Positions 47,319 to 57,459 of a stretch of 64,000 nucleotides of DNA are shown here, piece by piece; positions within the stretch are counted from its first letter, which is position 1; every line of letters begins with the position of its first letter. Source of the DNA: an uncultured bacterium (GTDB lineage Bacteria > Patescibacteriota > Dojkabacteria > SC72). Location of the stretch: positions 1,057 to 65,056 of the forward strand of contig CAIMEL010000024.1 of assembly GCA_903840015.1 (NCBI GenBank), written 5' to 3'. The notes under the pieces are model-generated. The model searched no databases and was not told the DNA's origin. It saw nothing but the letters and a program-made list of their open reading frames with translations. A program made the translations under genes and the position numbers.

Positions 47319-48971
47319 CAAAGGTCGTAGATCAACACCTGTCATATTTGCAGGGATATCCTCTCCTAACAAACCGATTACTGTTGGCGCAACATCAGCA
47401 AGCAAACCTGTAGCCCTAGCTTTTGGACCTGTACCCACTCTATGTAATGGAACTCCTGCTTTTGTCCCTATCTCATTTATATTAGTCAATATTGTTAACG
47501 GCACTGGATTATTCGTGTGAGCGATATCAACCTCTTTTGTTGTTCTGTTAATCATAGTCTCACAATTTCCATGGTCTGCAGTAATGACCACCGCTCCACC
47601 AGCTGCCAATGTTTCCTTTGCTATCTCCGCAGTACAGGCATCAACAATCTCGTTTGCCCTAACAGTTGCCTTGAAATCTCCAGTATGACCCAACATATCA
47701 GGGTTTGCAAAATTTAGAAGAAGAAAGTGGTATGGATTTTCTTGCATCTTTTTAATCCTTGCAACAGTTTCAGATGTAATTATCTCCGCACTCATAGCAG
47801 GCACTTGAGCATAATCAGCAACCCTTGGAGAAGGTATATTGAAAAAAACCTCTCCTGGATGTGCAAGCTCAATACCACCATTAAAGAAGTATGTAACATG
47901 CATATATTTCTCTGTCTCAGAGATATGTATCTGTCGTTTACCAGTTTCAGAGAGATGCTCTGCAAGAGATTTTTTAACTGGCAAAGGAGGGAACAAGACA
48001 TTAGCAGTAAGGCCTTCCTCATAACCAGTCATTGTTGCAAAGTACAAATCCTTTGGGAAATTCCTTCGGATGAAATGTGGAAAATCCTTTAGAACAAACG
48101 CCTTAGTCAATTGCCTTGAACGGTCTTCTCTAAAATTCCAAAAAAGTACAGCGTCACCATCCTTCACAGGACCTATTGGAACACCTTGCCCAGAGAGAGC
48201 AACCCTAGGTTTAAAATACTGATCATCTTCTCCATTGGCATATGCTCTTTGAAGAACCTCTACAGGATCAATAAAAGTTTCATCAGAGAAACCCAACATT
48301 GCATCATATGCTAGCTTAGTCCTCTCCCACCTGCTATCACGATCCATTCCATAAAATCTACCCATCATTGAAGCTATCTTACCGATACCCAATTCTGCTA
48401 GCTTAGCTTTCAACTTATTCACATACAGATATCCCTCCTTTGGAGTTGTATCTCTACCATCTAACATAATATGTATATATGGATCTATACCGTTTGCCTT
48501 ACACAAGTCCAATATGGAAAAAAGGTGCTTAATATGACCATGAACACCAGCAGGACTTAAGACGCCAGTCAAATGCAATCTTGTACCCCTCTTTCGAATG
48601 AGAGAGAACATCTCCTTTATTACAGGATTGGACCCCAATTCATCACCACTAATAGCATCATTTATCCTTGGCAGTGTTTGATACACAACCTGACCTGCTC
48701 CTAAATTAAGATGTCCTACCTCAGAGTTACCTGATTCCTCATTTGGCAATCCAACATGAGTCCCAGCTGCATGTAACAATGTAGAACGCCCATATGTCCA
48801 AGCAGTATCAAGAAATGGAGTCTTTGCTGCCAAGATAGCATTACCTTCAGTATCTGGATATACACCGAACCCATCTAAGACTATCAAAGTGACAAATTTA
48901 CGAACATCTAATACGTTCTGAAATCCACTCTCTCTGTCAATATTGTCGTCTTTTTTAAAAAGTCTAAACAT
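47313..48971 (-). CDS. gpmI: 2,3-bisphosphoglycerate-independent phosphoglycerate mutase (copy 2, divergent paralog)
   Basis: LIVLDGFG...SGNSEVGHLNLGAGQ...ITADHGNCE; full-length iPGM, 552 aa, clearly diverged from copy 1. Confidence 0.85.
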   Translation of the reverse strand: MFRLFKKDDNIDRESGFQNVLDVRKFVTLIVLDGFGVYPDTEGNAILAAKTPFLDTAWTYGRSTLLHAAGTHVGLPNEESGNSEVGHLNLGAGQVVYQTLPRINDAISGDELGSNPVIKEMFSLIRKRGTRLHLTGVLSPAGVHGHIKHLFSILDLCKANGIDPYIHIMLDGRDTTPKEGYLYVNKLKAKLAELGIGKIASMMGRFYGMDRDSRWERTKLAYDAMLGFSDETFIDPVEVLQRAYANGEDDQYFKPRVALSGQGVPIGPVKDGDAVLFWNFREDRSRQLTKAFVLKDFPHFIRRNFPKDLYFATMTGYEEGLTANVLFPPLPVKKSLAEHLSETGKRQIHISETEKYMHVTYFFNGGIELAHPGEVFFNIPSPRVADYAQVPAMSAEIITSETVARIKKMQENPYHFLLLNFANPDMLGHTGDFKATVRANEIVDACTAEIAKETLAAGGAVVITADHGNCETMINRTTKEVDIAHTNNPVPLTILTNINEIGTKAGVPLHRVGTGPKARATGLLADVAPTVIGLLGEDIPANMTGVDLRPLL

Positions 48972-49014
48972 CTTTTACTAGCTATTATCAATTACCTTAA
49001 CTATAATATACTGT

Positions 49015-50100
49015 ATGAATGATTTACGCAAAAAAGATGTCCTCGATCTTCAAAATGATATTCAAGAGACAGTAAAAAGCCTTGATTTAGGAAACAAGAA
49101 ATCGGAATTAATCCTTCTAGAGAACGAAAGTATACAAGATACTTTTTGGAACAACAGAAACAAAGCACAACAGGTGATGAACCGAATATCATTGCTTAGA
49201 GATGAAATCCTGACAGCAGAGAACCTGGTAAAAGATATAGATTCTTTGCTTGAGCTTTTCAATTCAATTGAAAAAGAAACCGATCAGAATTCCCTCATAA
49301 CAGAATTCCAATCTCTCCGAGAACAGCTAGATAGATTCTCTTTGAGAAAATTTCTCTCTGGGAAATATGATTCTAACAAAGCAATTCTTTCAATACACTC
49401 CGGACAGGGAGGAACCGAATCAAATGACTGGGTAGAAATGCTCTACCGTATGTATACTATGTATTTTGACAAACAGAATTGGAAATATACAGTGCAAGAG
49501 ATAATCAAGGGAAATGAGGCAGGCATTTCCACAGTCACAATATACGTTGATGAACCTATGTCTTTCGGTATGCTGAAGAAAGAGCACGGTGCACATAGAT
49601 TAGTAAGAATTTCACCATTCAATTCCCAAGGTCTAAGGCAAACTACATTCGCAGGTGTAGAAATTCTCCCATACATTGAGGATTCGGATAACGAATTAGA
49701 AATACCTCCCAAAGATATACTTTTTAAAGCAGTTAAAGCAAGTGGACCAGGAGGACAAAATGTAAACAAAACATCATCTGCCGTACAAATCACACACATT
49801 CCTACAGGAATATCAGTGCAGTCATCAGATCAAAGAAGTCAGGCCCAGAACAGAGAAAATGCAATGAAAATATTGAAAGCAAAACTATGGAGAATCAAAG
49901 AGGAGAAACAGTTACAAAATATTGAAGATATTAAGGGGGAGTACAAGGTCGCAGGTTGGGGAAATCAAATCAGGAATTACATATTACATCCATACAAGCT
50001 TGTCAAAGATCTCCGTACAAATATAGAATCAAACAATCCTGAGCACATACTGGATGGTAACATAGAAGAGCTAGTTGAAGCAGAGATTAGAATGAAGTAA
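49015..50100 (+). CDS. prfB: Peptide chain release factor 2, a single uninterrupted ORF
   Basis: SPF tripeptide (RISPFNSQG) and GGQ loop (SGPGGQNVNKTSSAVQITHIPTGI). Confidence 0.85.
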   Translation: MNDLRKKDVLDLQNDIQETVKSLDLGNKKSELILLENESIQDTFWNNRNKAQQVMNRISLLRDEILTAENLVKDIDSLLELFNSIEKETDQNSLITEFQSLREQLDRFSLRKFLSGKYDSNKAILSIHSGQGGTESNDWVEMLYRMYTMYFDKQNWKYTVQEIIKGNEAGISTVTIYVDEPMSFGMLKKEHGAHRLVRISPFNSQGLRQTTFAGVEILPYIEDSDNELEIPPKDILFKAVKASGPGGQNVNKTSSAVQITHIPTGISVQSSDQRSQAQNRENAMKILKAKLWRIKEEKQLQNIEDIKGEYKVAGWGNQIRNYILHPYKLVKDLRTNIESNNPEHILDGNIEELVEAEIRMK

Positions 50101-50133
50101 TATATACAAGTACCTAATATTTCTAAAACTGCC

Positions 50134-51084
50134 ATGTTACTTTTTGATAAAGTTACAAAAAAATACGACCAAGACATTACTGCTTTAGAAGATGTATATT
50201 TCAATATAGATAAGGGTGAATTCTCCTTCTTAGTTGGTCCATCAGGGGCTGGTAAAACAACCTTAATGAGATTACTCATAAGAGAAGAGTTACCCACATC
50301 AGGAGACATATTCTTTGATGAAATAAATGTTCCCAAAATTCCTAGACAATTACTACCACAATATCGTCAAAAACTCGGAATCGTTTTTCAGGATATGAAA
50401 TTGCTTCAATCAAAAAATCTACAAGAGAATATCGCCTTTGCATTAGAGATACTTGGTAAAGAAACAAAGGAAATCAAAGAAACAACAGAGTACCTACTAG
50501 AGCTAGTCAAACTTCAAGATAGAAGATTCCTTTTCCCCCATCAGCTATCTGGAGGGGAACAGCAAAGAGGAGCAATTGCTAGAGCGTTAGCAAATAATCC
50601 AGAGCTATTAGTAGCAGACGAACCTACTGGAAATCTTGATCCTGATAATGCTTTTGATGTTCTTACAATATTAAGAAATATTAACAAGGCAGGTACCACA
50701 GTTATGGTAATTAGTCATGACAAAGATATAGTGAATGAAATGAAAACACGAGTCATACGAATGGAAAAAGGTAAGGTCATATCTGACAACAAGGGAGATT
50801 ATGACACTATTAAAAAACCAAAAGCTCCAACACATATCAAACCAAAGAAAGAGGAGAAGAAAGATACAGAGGATGTAAAAGAGAGTAAGAAGGAACTAGA
50901 GATAGATGAAAGGATTAAAGATCTCGAACCAAGTATATTGAAGAAGTTTGTAGATGCAAAGATAAATACTCTTGAACTGATCTTTAATCTAACAGAAAGC
51001 GATCTTAAGAATTTGAAGATAACGAAAAAGGAACAAGAAATCTTAGAAGCATTTGTAAAAGATTATTTAACTAAATCTAAATAA
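50134..51084 (+). CDS. ftsE: Cell division ABC ATPase FtsE with a roughly 90-aa charged C-terminal extension
   Basis: Walker A GPSGAGKTT, signature LSGGEQQR, Walker B LLVADEPTGNLD; the K/E-rich tail is not present in canonical FtsE. Confidence 0.85.
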   Translation: MLLFDKVTKKYDQDITALEDVYFNIDKGEFSFLVGPSGAGKTTLMRLLIREELPTSGDIFFDEINVPKIPRQLLPQYRQKLGIVFQDMKLLQSKNLQENIAFALEILGKETKEIKETTEYLLELVKLQDRRFLFPHQLSGGEQQRGAIARALANNPELLVADEPTGNLDPDNAFDVLTILRNINKAGTTVMVISHDKDIVNEMKTRVIRMEKGKVISDNKGDYDTIKKPKAPTHIKPKKEEKKDTEDVKESKKELEIDERIKDLEPSILKKFVDAKINTLELIFNLTESDLKNLKITKKEQEILEAFVKDYLTKSK

Positions 51085-51089
51085 CTATT

Positions 51090-52016
51090 ATGGCCACTAC
51101 AGAAAAAATATTTGATACAGCTAAAAAGAATATACAAAGAAATAGATGGCTATCCATCTCAACAGTTTTTGTATCAACCATAGTCATAGCAATATCATCA
51201 TTCTTCATAAGTTTGGCAATAATGGGGCAGAAAGCTGTGAGTTACTATGAAATGAAGGCACAGGTAATTATATTCTTCAAGAAAGATGCACCAGAGGCAG
51301 ATATATTAAGTTTCAGAGACAAGATTTTCAATCCCGAATTAATTGAGAATATAAAATATATATCTAAAGAAGATGCCCTCTTAATATATCAAGAGGATTT
51401 CGCAGATAATCCAGATCTACTCTCAACTGTTACAGCAGATTCCCTACCACCAAGCTTAGAGATAAGAGCAAAGGATGTAGATTCCCTCCTTTCTGTTATA
51501 GAGAATATCAATCAGGAGAAAACAACAAATGCATATATAGATGAGGTTATGTATTTTAAAGATGTTGTAGAGAATTTGAAAACTCTTTCAAGAATCATAG
51601 GAATCGGTTCAGCCCTACTCATCTCTGGGTTACTTTTAATAACTTTCTCTTTAATCAGAATTACTATTGGTTTCAATATCAATTCTCACAAAGAAGAGAT
51701 TCAAATTATGCATTTGGTTGGTAGTTCTGACAAATTCATAAAACTACCCTTCATCCTTGAAGGATGTTTCTACGGAATTGCTGGAGGACTTTTGGCCTCT
51801 TTAATACTCATAATTCCTTGGTACTCTGTATTGTATTACACTCAAAATACTGATTTTGCATACTGGTTTAACCAAGTACTTGCTGATTTTAATTTAGATT
51901 TCCTAAGACCAATAAATATTGCATTCTTACTAATCTACCTCCTGATACATATGTTAATAGGAGGTGTTCTTGGTATGGTTAGTAGTTTAAGTGCAGTAAA
52001 AAGGTATTTAGAATGA
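51090..52016 (+). CDS. ftsX: Cell division permease FtsX
   Basis: One TM helix, periplasmic domain, three C-terminal TM helices; immediately follows ftsE. Confidence 0.75.
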   Translation: MATTEKIFDTAKKNIQRNRWLSISTVFVSTIVIAISSFFISLAIMGQKAVSYYEMKAQVIIFFKKDAPEADILSFRDKIFNPELIENIKYISKEDALLIYQEDFADNPDLLSTVTADSLPPSLEIRAKDVDSLLSVIENINQEKTTNAYIDEVMYFKDVVENLKTLSRIIGIGSALLISGLLLITFSLIRITIGFNINSHKEEIQIMHLVGSSDKFIKLPFILEGCFYGIAGGLLASLILIIPWYSVLYYTQNTDFAYWFNQVLADFNLDFLRPINIAFLLIYLLIHMLIGGVLGMVSSLSAVKRYLE

Positions 52017-53365
52017 AAAGAATAAAGATAGTCTTGACAATCATATTCGTTCTCTTTGCAACTGTAATTGCGTTTGGATATATACATAGAAATAACATTG
52101 CGTATGCAGCCACCGAATGCCCCTCTACTATGGATCCTAATTCACAAGCATGTGTAGACTATCTGTATAACGAATTAGCAAAACTTCAAAAGGAAAGTAA
52201 GAACATACGTAATGAACTTAAAGAAGAAGAGTATCAACAGTTATCTCTAAGTGAAAAAATTTCATACATGCAAAAACAGATAGCAGATACTGAGAAAGTG
52301 ATTAAGTCGCTTGAAGTAGATATCGCAGCACATGATGTAGAGATTAAACTTTTAGAGAAGAGTATTTTAGAAAAAGAAGATAATATATCCCTTCTTCGAC
52401 AAGAGGCAGATGTTTTAGAGAAAACTGTAAGTAAGAGAGTCTCAGAATCTTACAAATACTCTTTCGTCGGACCATTCGAAGTTTTTATGGATGTAACGAA
52501 TCTTTCAACTGTTTTAAGAAAAACCAAATACCTAGCAGTAACCAGAACTCAGGATAGAGAGGCTATTGAATCGTTTGCAAGTACAATGAGTCAACTAAAA
52601 GATGAGGAGGTCATACTCGCCAAAGAAAAGTCTGATCTACAATTAAAAAGGAACTCTATGGAAGAGAACAAAGTTGAATTAGCAGGAGAAAGGACGAAAC
52701 TTAATAGTCAAAAAGCAGAGCAAGATAGCCTTTTAGCCCAATCAAAAAGAAGAGAAGCAGACTACAGAGCTCAGCTTTCGGCAATCAACAGATCTATGGG
52801 TGCCCTTGACGACAAAATATCTGACATAGTCGTCAAACTGTATGCACAAGGTATGTTAAAGAATGGTACAAAGGTAAGCGCTGGACAGTACATAGGTTTT
52901 CAAGGACATACTGGTTGTTCATATGGCTCACATTTACACTTTGATATACGAAACAGATATGATGTGCGACAGAATCCAAGCAACTATTTAAGTGGTGGAA
53001 TTGAATACCAAATGATAAAATCAAAAGTATATATATCCCCTCTACAAGACGCTATTTTAACACAGAGGTATTACACATATCATCGAGCTTGGGATATGCG
53101 TAGTACATCACAAGGGAATCAGGATTGGAGTAAGACATATACTGTTCCTAAAGGCATCTGTACCGATGCTGATCGATTAATATCACAGTACGGCCCAACT
53201 GCATATCTTATGGGAGAGGGAGCCCCTGTAAAGGCCATTGCTAAAGGTACTGTATATTACGGAACAATCATTCCTAACGGAGTTAATGGAAGCAAGTATC
53301 CAGCCAAATACGCTCTACTCATTCATGATGATGGTAACAAATCTTTCTACCTTCATCTAAAGTAA
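52013..53365 (+). CDS. Coiled-coil M23 peptidase (EnvC/FtsEX-associated murein hydrolase activator type)
   Basis: Long coiled-coil N-terminus; M23 motifs GFQGHTGCSYGSHLHFDIR and ..HDDG; ATGA overlap with ftsX. Confidence 0.75.
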   Translation: MKRIKIVLTIIFVLFATVIAFGYIHRNNIAYAATECPSTMDPNSQACVDYLYNELAKLQKESKNIRNELKEEEYQQLSLSEKISYMQKQIADTEKVIKSLEVDIAAHDVEIKLLEKSILEKEDNISLLRQEADVLEKTVSKRVSESYKYSFVGPFEVFMDVTNLSTVLRKTKYLAVTRTQDREAIESFASTMSQLKDEEVILAKEKSDLQLKRNSMEENKVELAGERTKLNSQKAEQDSLLAQSKRREADYRAQLSAINRSMGALDDKISDIVVKLYAQGMLKNGTKVSAGQYIGFQGHTGCSYGSHLHFDIRNRYDVRQNPSNYLSGGIEYQMIKSKVYISPLQDAILTQRYYTYHRAWDMRSTSQGNQDWSKTYTVPKGICTDADRLISQYGPTAYLMGEGAPVKAIAKGTVYYGTIIPNGVNGSKYPAKYALLIHDDGNKSFYLHLK

Positions 53366-53427
53366 CCCACTTTATTCTTCCTTCATATTTTGCTAAACTA
53401 CTCTTAATAATTTAATACCATATATAA

Positions 53428-54258
53428 ATGGCAGTAGCTAAAAAAAGTTCTACAAAAAAGAAACCTGCACCCCAGAAAGTAGAGAAAAAAGCCCCTACTA
53501 AGACAAAGGTCAAGTTTGTAATAAAGAAACCAGATTTTTCTAAATTTAAAACATTCAACTACAAACCTATTCTAAAAATAATAGGGATGATTGTAATAAT
53601 AGTTGGAGCATTTGCGGTTGTAGATCTCACTGTTCAATACCTAAACAATGACTACAGTGTAGCAGTAGTAAATGGATCAAGAATCTCAAAGGCAAAATGG
53701 CATGACAGATTAGAGGCTGCATACGGTGGAGCTGTTGCACAGGAGTTGATAGAGGATCAGATATTGATGATGGAAGCTAGAAAAGCAAAGGTATCTGTAA
53801 ATAAAGATGAGATAGATAAGAAAATCGAAGAAATTAGAGTAAGTATTGGTGGGGAAGAGATGCTTCAATCTGCATTAGTTGCAAATAACATTACAATGGG
53901 AGAACTTAGAGATCAGATTGAATTAGATCTACTCTATACTAAGATCTTAACTCCTACATTGGAGTATACAGATGAGGATGTTAAAGATTTCTTCAATCAA
54001 TATAGTGATGTAATTTTCCCAGATGAAACAGAAGCTTTGGATGAAGGAGAGAAATTAGATTTTGAAGCAAACAAAGAAAAGACTGAAGAAATATATATAC
54101 AACAGCAGGTTCAAACTAAGAAAACATCATGGTTAACTGAGAAGAAAGCTGAGTACAAGATACAAGATAACTCTACAGCAAAGCCTAAGTATGGATTCTT
54201 AACAACAACCTCAAACATAATTAGTAACTTACTTGAGAGTCTTACAAAGAAAGACTAA
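53428..54258 (+). CDS. membrane-anchored SurA-N/PrsA-like chaperone domain protein
   Basis: Basic N-terminus, TM helix MIVIIVGAFAVV, then VVNGSRISKAKWHDRLEAAYGGAVAQELIEDQILMMEARK, which resembles the SurA N-domain. Confidence 0.4.
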   Translation: MAVAKKSSTKKKPAPQKVEKKAPTKTKVKFVIKKPDFSKFKTFNYKPILKIIGMIVIIVGAFAVVDLTVQYLNNDYSVAVVNGSRISKAKWHDRLEAAYGGAVAQELIEDQILMMEARKAKVSVNKDEIDKKIEEIRVSIGGEEMLQSALVANNITMGELRDQIELDLLYTKILTPTLEYTDEDVKDFFNQYSDVIFPDETEALDEGEKLDFEANKEKTEEIYIQQQVQTKKTSWLTEKKAEYKIQDNSTAKPKYGFLTTTSNIISNLLESLTKKD

Positions 54259-54281
54259 TTAGCTGAATTAGGATGTTAAAA

Positions 54282-54309
54282 AAAAGGAGGTCTTAGACCT
54301 CCTTTTTCA
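54282..54309. terminator. bidirectional rho-independent terminator between convergent genes
   Basis: AAAAAAAGGAGGTC-TTAG-ACCTCCTTTTTC: a perfect 9-bp stem with a 4-nt loop, A-tract on one side and T-tract on the other. Confidence 0.65.
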
Positions 54310-54311
54310 TT

Positions 54312-54905
54312 CTATATACCCTCTTTAGGTTCCACTAATCCATAACCACCATTTTTCCTCCTGTAAAGCATAGAAATCTTACCACTCTTCTTACTTCTAA
54401 AGAGATATTGATCATATCCAGCCATTTCCATTCTCTCGATAGCTTCACCCTCTTCCAAAGGAGACATATCTTCCACTATCTTTCTCTTCCCTATCTTAGG
54501 AGTGTAATCAACATAATCATCTACCTCGTCCTCTTCTACAAATGCTTCTAATTCGGATTCCGCTTCTAAAACCTTCCACGGCTTCTCTCCAATCCAAACT
54601 TCCTTCATATCACTATACCTACTCAACCTACGACCTAAGACCTCTACTGCAGTATCGATATTTACATACATATCAGAACCTGTCTCCTCAACCCTAATCA
54701 AAGTCTCTGGTAATTTAACATTAATATCTACTCTAAAATCATAATCAACTCCTTTTGTGAATCTACTCTGTTTGAAGAAAACTTCTATAGAGGTAGCTTG
54801 ATTCAACAAAGATTCCTTCTTAGATAGCTTCTCAACTACATACTTCTTAAGAGGTTCTGTAGGATCCATACCAACGAACGATATCCTAATATCTTTCTCT
54901 AACAT
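54312..54905 (-). CDS. hpf: Ribosome hibernation promoting factor (long HPF / S30AE family)
   Basis: The N-terminal domain EPLKKYVVEKLSKKESLL fits the YfiA/HPF pattern, plus a C-terminal dimerisation domain; 197 aa. Confidence 0.6.
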   Translation of the reverse strand: MLEKDIRISFVGMDPTEPLKKYVVEKLSKKESLLNQATSIEVFFKQSRFTKGVDYDFRVDINVKLPETLIRVEETGSDMYVNIDTAVEVLGRRLSRYSDMKEVWIGEKPWKVLEAESELEAFVEEDEVDDYVDYTPKIGKRKIVEDMSPLEEGEAIERMEMAGYDQYLFRSKKSGKISMLYRRKNGGYGLVEPKEGI

Positions 54906-54994
54906 AGTGGAATATACTCAATTTATATATATTAATATACCATATGATTTTAGGTTGCAGAATTAAATCAAGGAATATATAATAGGTCTGTTAT

Positions 54995-55066
54995 TCCGCG
55001 ATAGCTCAATGGTAGAGCAAACGGCTGTTAACCGTTCGGTTCCAGGTTCGAGTCCTGGTCGCGGAG
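54995..55066 (+). tRNA. tRNA-Asn (anticodon GUU)
   Basis: TCCGCGA-TA-GCTC AATGGTA GAGC-A-AACGG CTGTTAA CCGTT-CGGTT-CCAGG TTCGAGT CCTGG-TCGCGGA-G. Confidence 0.85.
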
Positions 55067-55090
55067 TTTCTACATCCCCCCACTAAACAC

Positions 55091-55318
55091 ATGCAAACTA
55101 TCACAGGCAAAATATACAAAGAAATATTTACATTACTTGAGAAAAATCCCAATGGTTTACGTTGGTCTGAGTTACTATCTCAAATACAACAATCTGACTC
55201 TACTCTGCATCCCAAAACAATTAATGGATGCGTTTGGAAGTTATTAGAAAAATTCCCAGATCAAGTATACAAACCAGAAAAGGGAATCTTTCGTTTAACA
55301 AAATACAGAAACAATTGA
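55091..55318 (+). CDS. small hypothetical protein (75 aa), possibly winged-helix
   Basis: ORF only. Confidence 0.3.
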   Translation: MQTITGKIYKEIFTLLEKNPNGLRWSELLSQIQQSDSTLHPKTINGCVWKLLEKFPDQVYKPEKGIFRLTKYRNN

Positions 55319-55349
55319 CTCTAATCTTAATCAGAGTTACAATTCAACT

Positions 55350-55661
55350 ATGAGTAAAAATCCCTTCTACAATGCTTTGGCAGCAATCATATACATCTTA
55401 ACAATAGTGTTGGCAATAAATTCAATTTCAGACTTAGAAACAAATGAATATCCGCTATCTCTTGTAACCCCTGTACTCGTCCTCTCTCTCTTCACACTCT
55501 CAGCAGCGGTAATGGGATACCTGTTCTGCTTCCAGCCTCTTAGACTATACCTTGATGGTAAAAAAGAAGAAGCAGTAAAACTATTTCTTAAAACAGTAGC
55601 AATATTTGCAATAATTCCATTAACAATATTCCTGCTGTACTTCTTCAAAATAATACCTTAA
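55350..55661 (+). CDS. small 3-TM membrane protein, hypothetical
   Basis: Hydrophobic helices; no known motif. Confidence 0.35.
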   Translation: MSKNPFYNALAAIIYILTIVLAINSISDLETNEYPLSLVTPVLVLSLFTLSAAVMGYLFCFQPLRLYLDGKKEEAVKLFLKTVAIFAIIPLTIFLLYFFKIIP

Positions 55662-55665
55662 ATTA

Positions 55666-55884
55666 TTACTTCTTTGGAACTTCTTCTTTCTTTCGAAGTA
55701 AAAACTTCACAAAGAGAAATATACTTGTAGAAAGTAACACAGCCATATCATCAATCAAACCGATACCAGAGGCCAAATCCCCTGGAATCAAATCAATCGG
55801 AGATATGATATATATGAAAGAGAATAGTAAAATCCAATTCTCCTTAAAAAATTCTTTAAGTTTTTCCATGTTTGATAATACCAC
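55666..55884 (-). CDS. DUF1232 (YkvA-like) small membrane protein
   Basis: ISPIDLIPGDLASGIGLIDDMAV matches the DUF1232 core. Confidence 0.5.
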   Translation of the reverse strand: MVLSNMEKLKEFFKENWILLFSFIYIISPIDLIPGDLASGIGLIDDMAVLLSTSIFLFVKFLLRKKEEVPKK

Positions 55885-55930
55885 AAAAAACCTGCTTTAA
55901 ATAAAACATATATTAAGGTAAGATAACAAT

Positions 55931-56431
55931 ATGGAAATACCAGGTGGCGCATTAATAGGACAAAGTGAATTCGGAAATTCAGAGTTAAAAGATATTCAAC
56001 GACATCTTCTTACACTCACCAATGCACCCCCATATGAAGTACCATATCTTTACGATGAAGAATTCCTCACAGAACTAAAGCAAGTACCCAATTATGAAAC
56101 ACTTGTCACAGAGAGTGTAAAACATACAAGGGGAGAACAAAGTGATCCCAATTCTGTTTTGGTTTTTAGAAGAACTCTTCCACAAACAACAGGTATTAAA
56201 CCTGAAAAACATTGGTGTTTTGAATATCTACAAGTTCGAAATGGTCTAAGACAAGAAATACAAGGCCAACACAGAGAGAACACAAGAATCTATGTCTCAA
56301 CAATTGGTATTTTAGAAGATATCACCAAGCAACCAGTAGCTATTGGAGGACTCACTGATGGAGAACTACAGATTTCTGATGGGCCGTTAGATTTAGAAAA
56401 GGCTTCTCTTTTTAGTATTAAGATAGAATGA
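55931..56431 (+). CDS. hypothetical protein (166 aa)
   Basis: ORF only; ATGA overlap with the next gene. Confidence 0.35.
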   Translation: MEIPGGALIGQSEFGNSELKDIQRHLLTLTNAPPYEVPYLYDEEFLTELKQVPNYETLVTESVKHTRGEQSDPNSVLVFRRTLPQTTGIKPEKHWCFEYLQVRNGLRQEIQGQHRENTRIYVSTIGILEDITKQPVAIGGLTDGELQISDGPLDLEKASLFSIKIE

Positions 56432-57414
56432 AAGAGATAAAAAATACAAAACCAAAATCTTCACTACTACTTCTCTGTCTTGTAATTGGTTTCATACTAG
56501 GTATTCTTGTCTCCAGATATATACTATTTGCACCAAGCCAAACCAACGAAGAATCTCCTTACAAATATATAAACCCAATACTAACTTCAGGACAAAATAA
56601 GGCCCTTCCTTTGACAACATTGGATACACTACAAGGAGAACTTCAAGGCTATGCGGATAAGGAAAAAACAAGAGCCAGAATCTCAATATATTTTAAATAC
56701 TTAAATAGTGGTGCTTGGTTTGGAATCAATGAGAACTATGAATATGCACCCGCTAGCCTTTTCAAAGTTCCCATAATGATTGTAAATTACAAATTGGAGG
56801 AGCTACATCCTGGACACCTAGCAAAAAAAGCTGTTTACAAAGATGAAGGATATCATGGACTAGTTCAGGATATTCCTCCTGCCAACAGGCTAGCAGAAGA
56901 TAAAGAGTACACCCTTGATGAATTAATCAATCAGCTAATAAAGTACTCTGACAACTCTGTCATACCCTACCTTGAAGAAGAAGCTCAATATTATGAACTT
57001 GAAGATATATATCTAGAATTAGGATTACCAAATCCATATGTTCTAGGTGATGTCAAAGATATCATGACACCAAGAGAGTATTCTACATTTTTTAGGATTT
57101 TGTATAACGCTTCCTACCTAAACAATGAGCTCTCCGAAAAAGCATTGCAATTGTTAAGCAGTACACATTACGACGAAGGACTTGCAGCTGGAATTCCATC
57201 ATCAGTTGAGATAGCAAACAAATTTGGCGAGAGAGAAAAGATCGTAGATGGTACAACTGTTCAACAACTACATGATTGTGGCATCATATACAATCCAAAA
57301 TCACCATATCTTCTCTGTGTAATGACGGAAGGACAGGATATTAATACCCTGAAGGAGATCATTTCTGAGATTTCGAGTATTACGTATTTGAGATTAAAGG
57401 AACATAATAGGTAA
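56428..57414 (+). CDS. class A beta-lactamase-like / penicillin-binding serine hydrolase, membrane-anchored
   Basis: N-terminal TM helix; SxxK (ASLFK), SDN (YSDNSV), KTG-like (NKFGE). Confidence 0.6.
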   Translation: MKEIKNTKPKSSLLLLCLVIGFILGILVSRYILFAPSQTNEESPYKYINPILTSGQNKALPLTTLDTLQGELQGYADKEKTRARISIYFKYLNSGAWFGINENYEYAPASLFKVPIMIVNYKLEELHPGHLAKKAVYKDEGYHGLVQDIPPANRLAEDKEYTLDELINQLIKYSDNSVIPYLEEEAQYYELEDIYLELGLPNPYVLGDVKDIMTPREYSTFFRILYNASYLNNELSEKALQLLSSTHYDEGLAAGIPSSVEIANKFGEREKIVDGTTVQQLHDCGIIYNPKSPYLLCVMTEGQDINTLKEIISEISSITYLRLKEHNR

Positions 57415-57459
57415 AAGAGTTGTGGTATACTAATCACGATAATCTAATCCAGTCATACT

